Positions 63,835 through 64,000 of a DNA stretch of 64,000 nucleotides are shown in pieces (within the stretch, counting starts at the first letter, position 1; each line of letters opens with the position of its first letter). Source of the DNA: a virus; IMG/VR virus record IMGVR_UViG_3300022902_000008, one strand, 5' to 3'. Under the pieces are notes generated by a model, which had not been told where the DNA came from, did not search any database, and saw nothing but the letters and a program-made list of their open reading frames with translations. Made by a program: the position numbers and the translations under genes.

Positions 63835-64000
63835 ATGGGAAAAATAAAAAGAAATACAACAAAGAATAAAGAAAAAGAATTACAAAATAACAATAAACAA
63901 CATATAGAAGATACACAAAAAGAATCAACAAAGAATAAAGAAAAAGATTCTGTTGAACAAGAAGATTGCAATAAGAACAACAAAGAGAAAGGGGATCAAA
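63835..64000 (+). CDS. Low-complexity K/E/N-rich ORF, truncated by the window end
   Basis: Open from ATG 63835 to the end; internal repeat acaaagaataaagaaaaaga. Confidence 0.35.
   Translation, partial: MGKIKRNTTKNKEKELQNNNKQHIEDTQKESTKNKEKDSVEQEDCNKNNKEKGDQ

Noticed and set aside
1-64000. Stop-codon reassignment
   Set aside because: Core genes are full length in the standard code and end at TAA, TAG and TGA with normal gene packing.
1-64000. tRNA or rRNA genes
   Set aside because: No cloverleaf or T-loop (GTTCRA) context recognised in the intergenic gaps by eye; tRNAscan-SE would be decisive.

Overview
AT-rich segment of a very large lytic dsDNA bacteriophage (jumbo/huge myophage with T4-like replication genes), read in the standard genetic code and almost entirely on the + strand. 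1-8 kb: tail/baseplate genes. 8-48 kb: replication and nucleotide genes (PolA-like polymerase, HD protein, gp32-like SSB, RecA/UvsX with a mini-intein, DnaK, 5'-3' exonuclease, DnaB-like helicase, class II RNR with a mini-intein, DnaE, ThyX, dUTPase, methyltransferases), interleaved with clusters of small accessory genes. 48-54 kb: probable head-packaged proteins. 54-64 kb: a promoter-dense, repeat-rich early region that includes an inverted block. The most unusual signals are: (1) about 45 divergent paralogues of a small SH3/KOW-like gene (KYKxGDxVW...YxG[PL]xI); (2) a duplicating promoter + 'WYLNGxxHRxDGPA'-repeat gene cassette that usually leads these arrays; (3) 16 copies of a GGTTAACA-N17-TAnnnT promoter, some feeding leaderless genes and three followed by rrn-type boxA elements; (4) a candidate ~220-nt structured RNA that displays an anti-Shine-Dalgarno loop; and (5) a DnaA-box cluster. 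All calls come from reading motifs by eye; no database searches were run.
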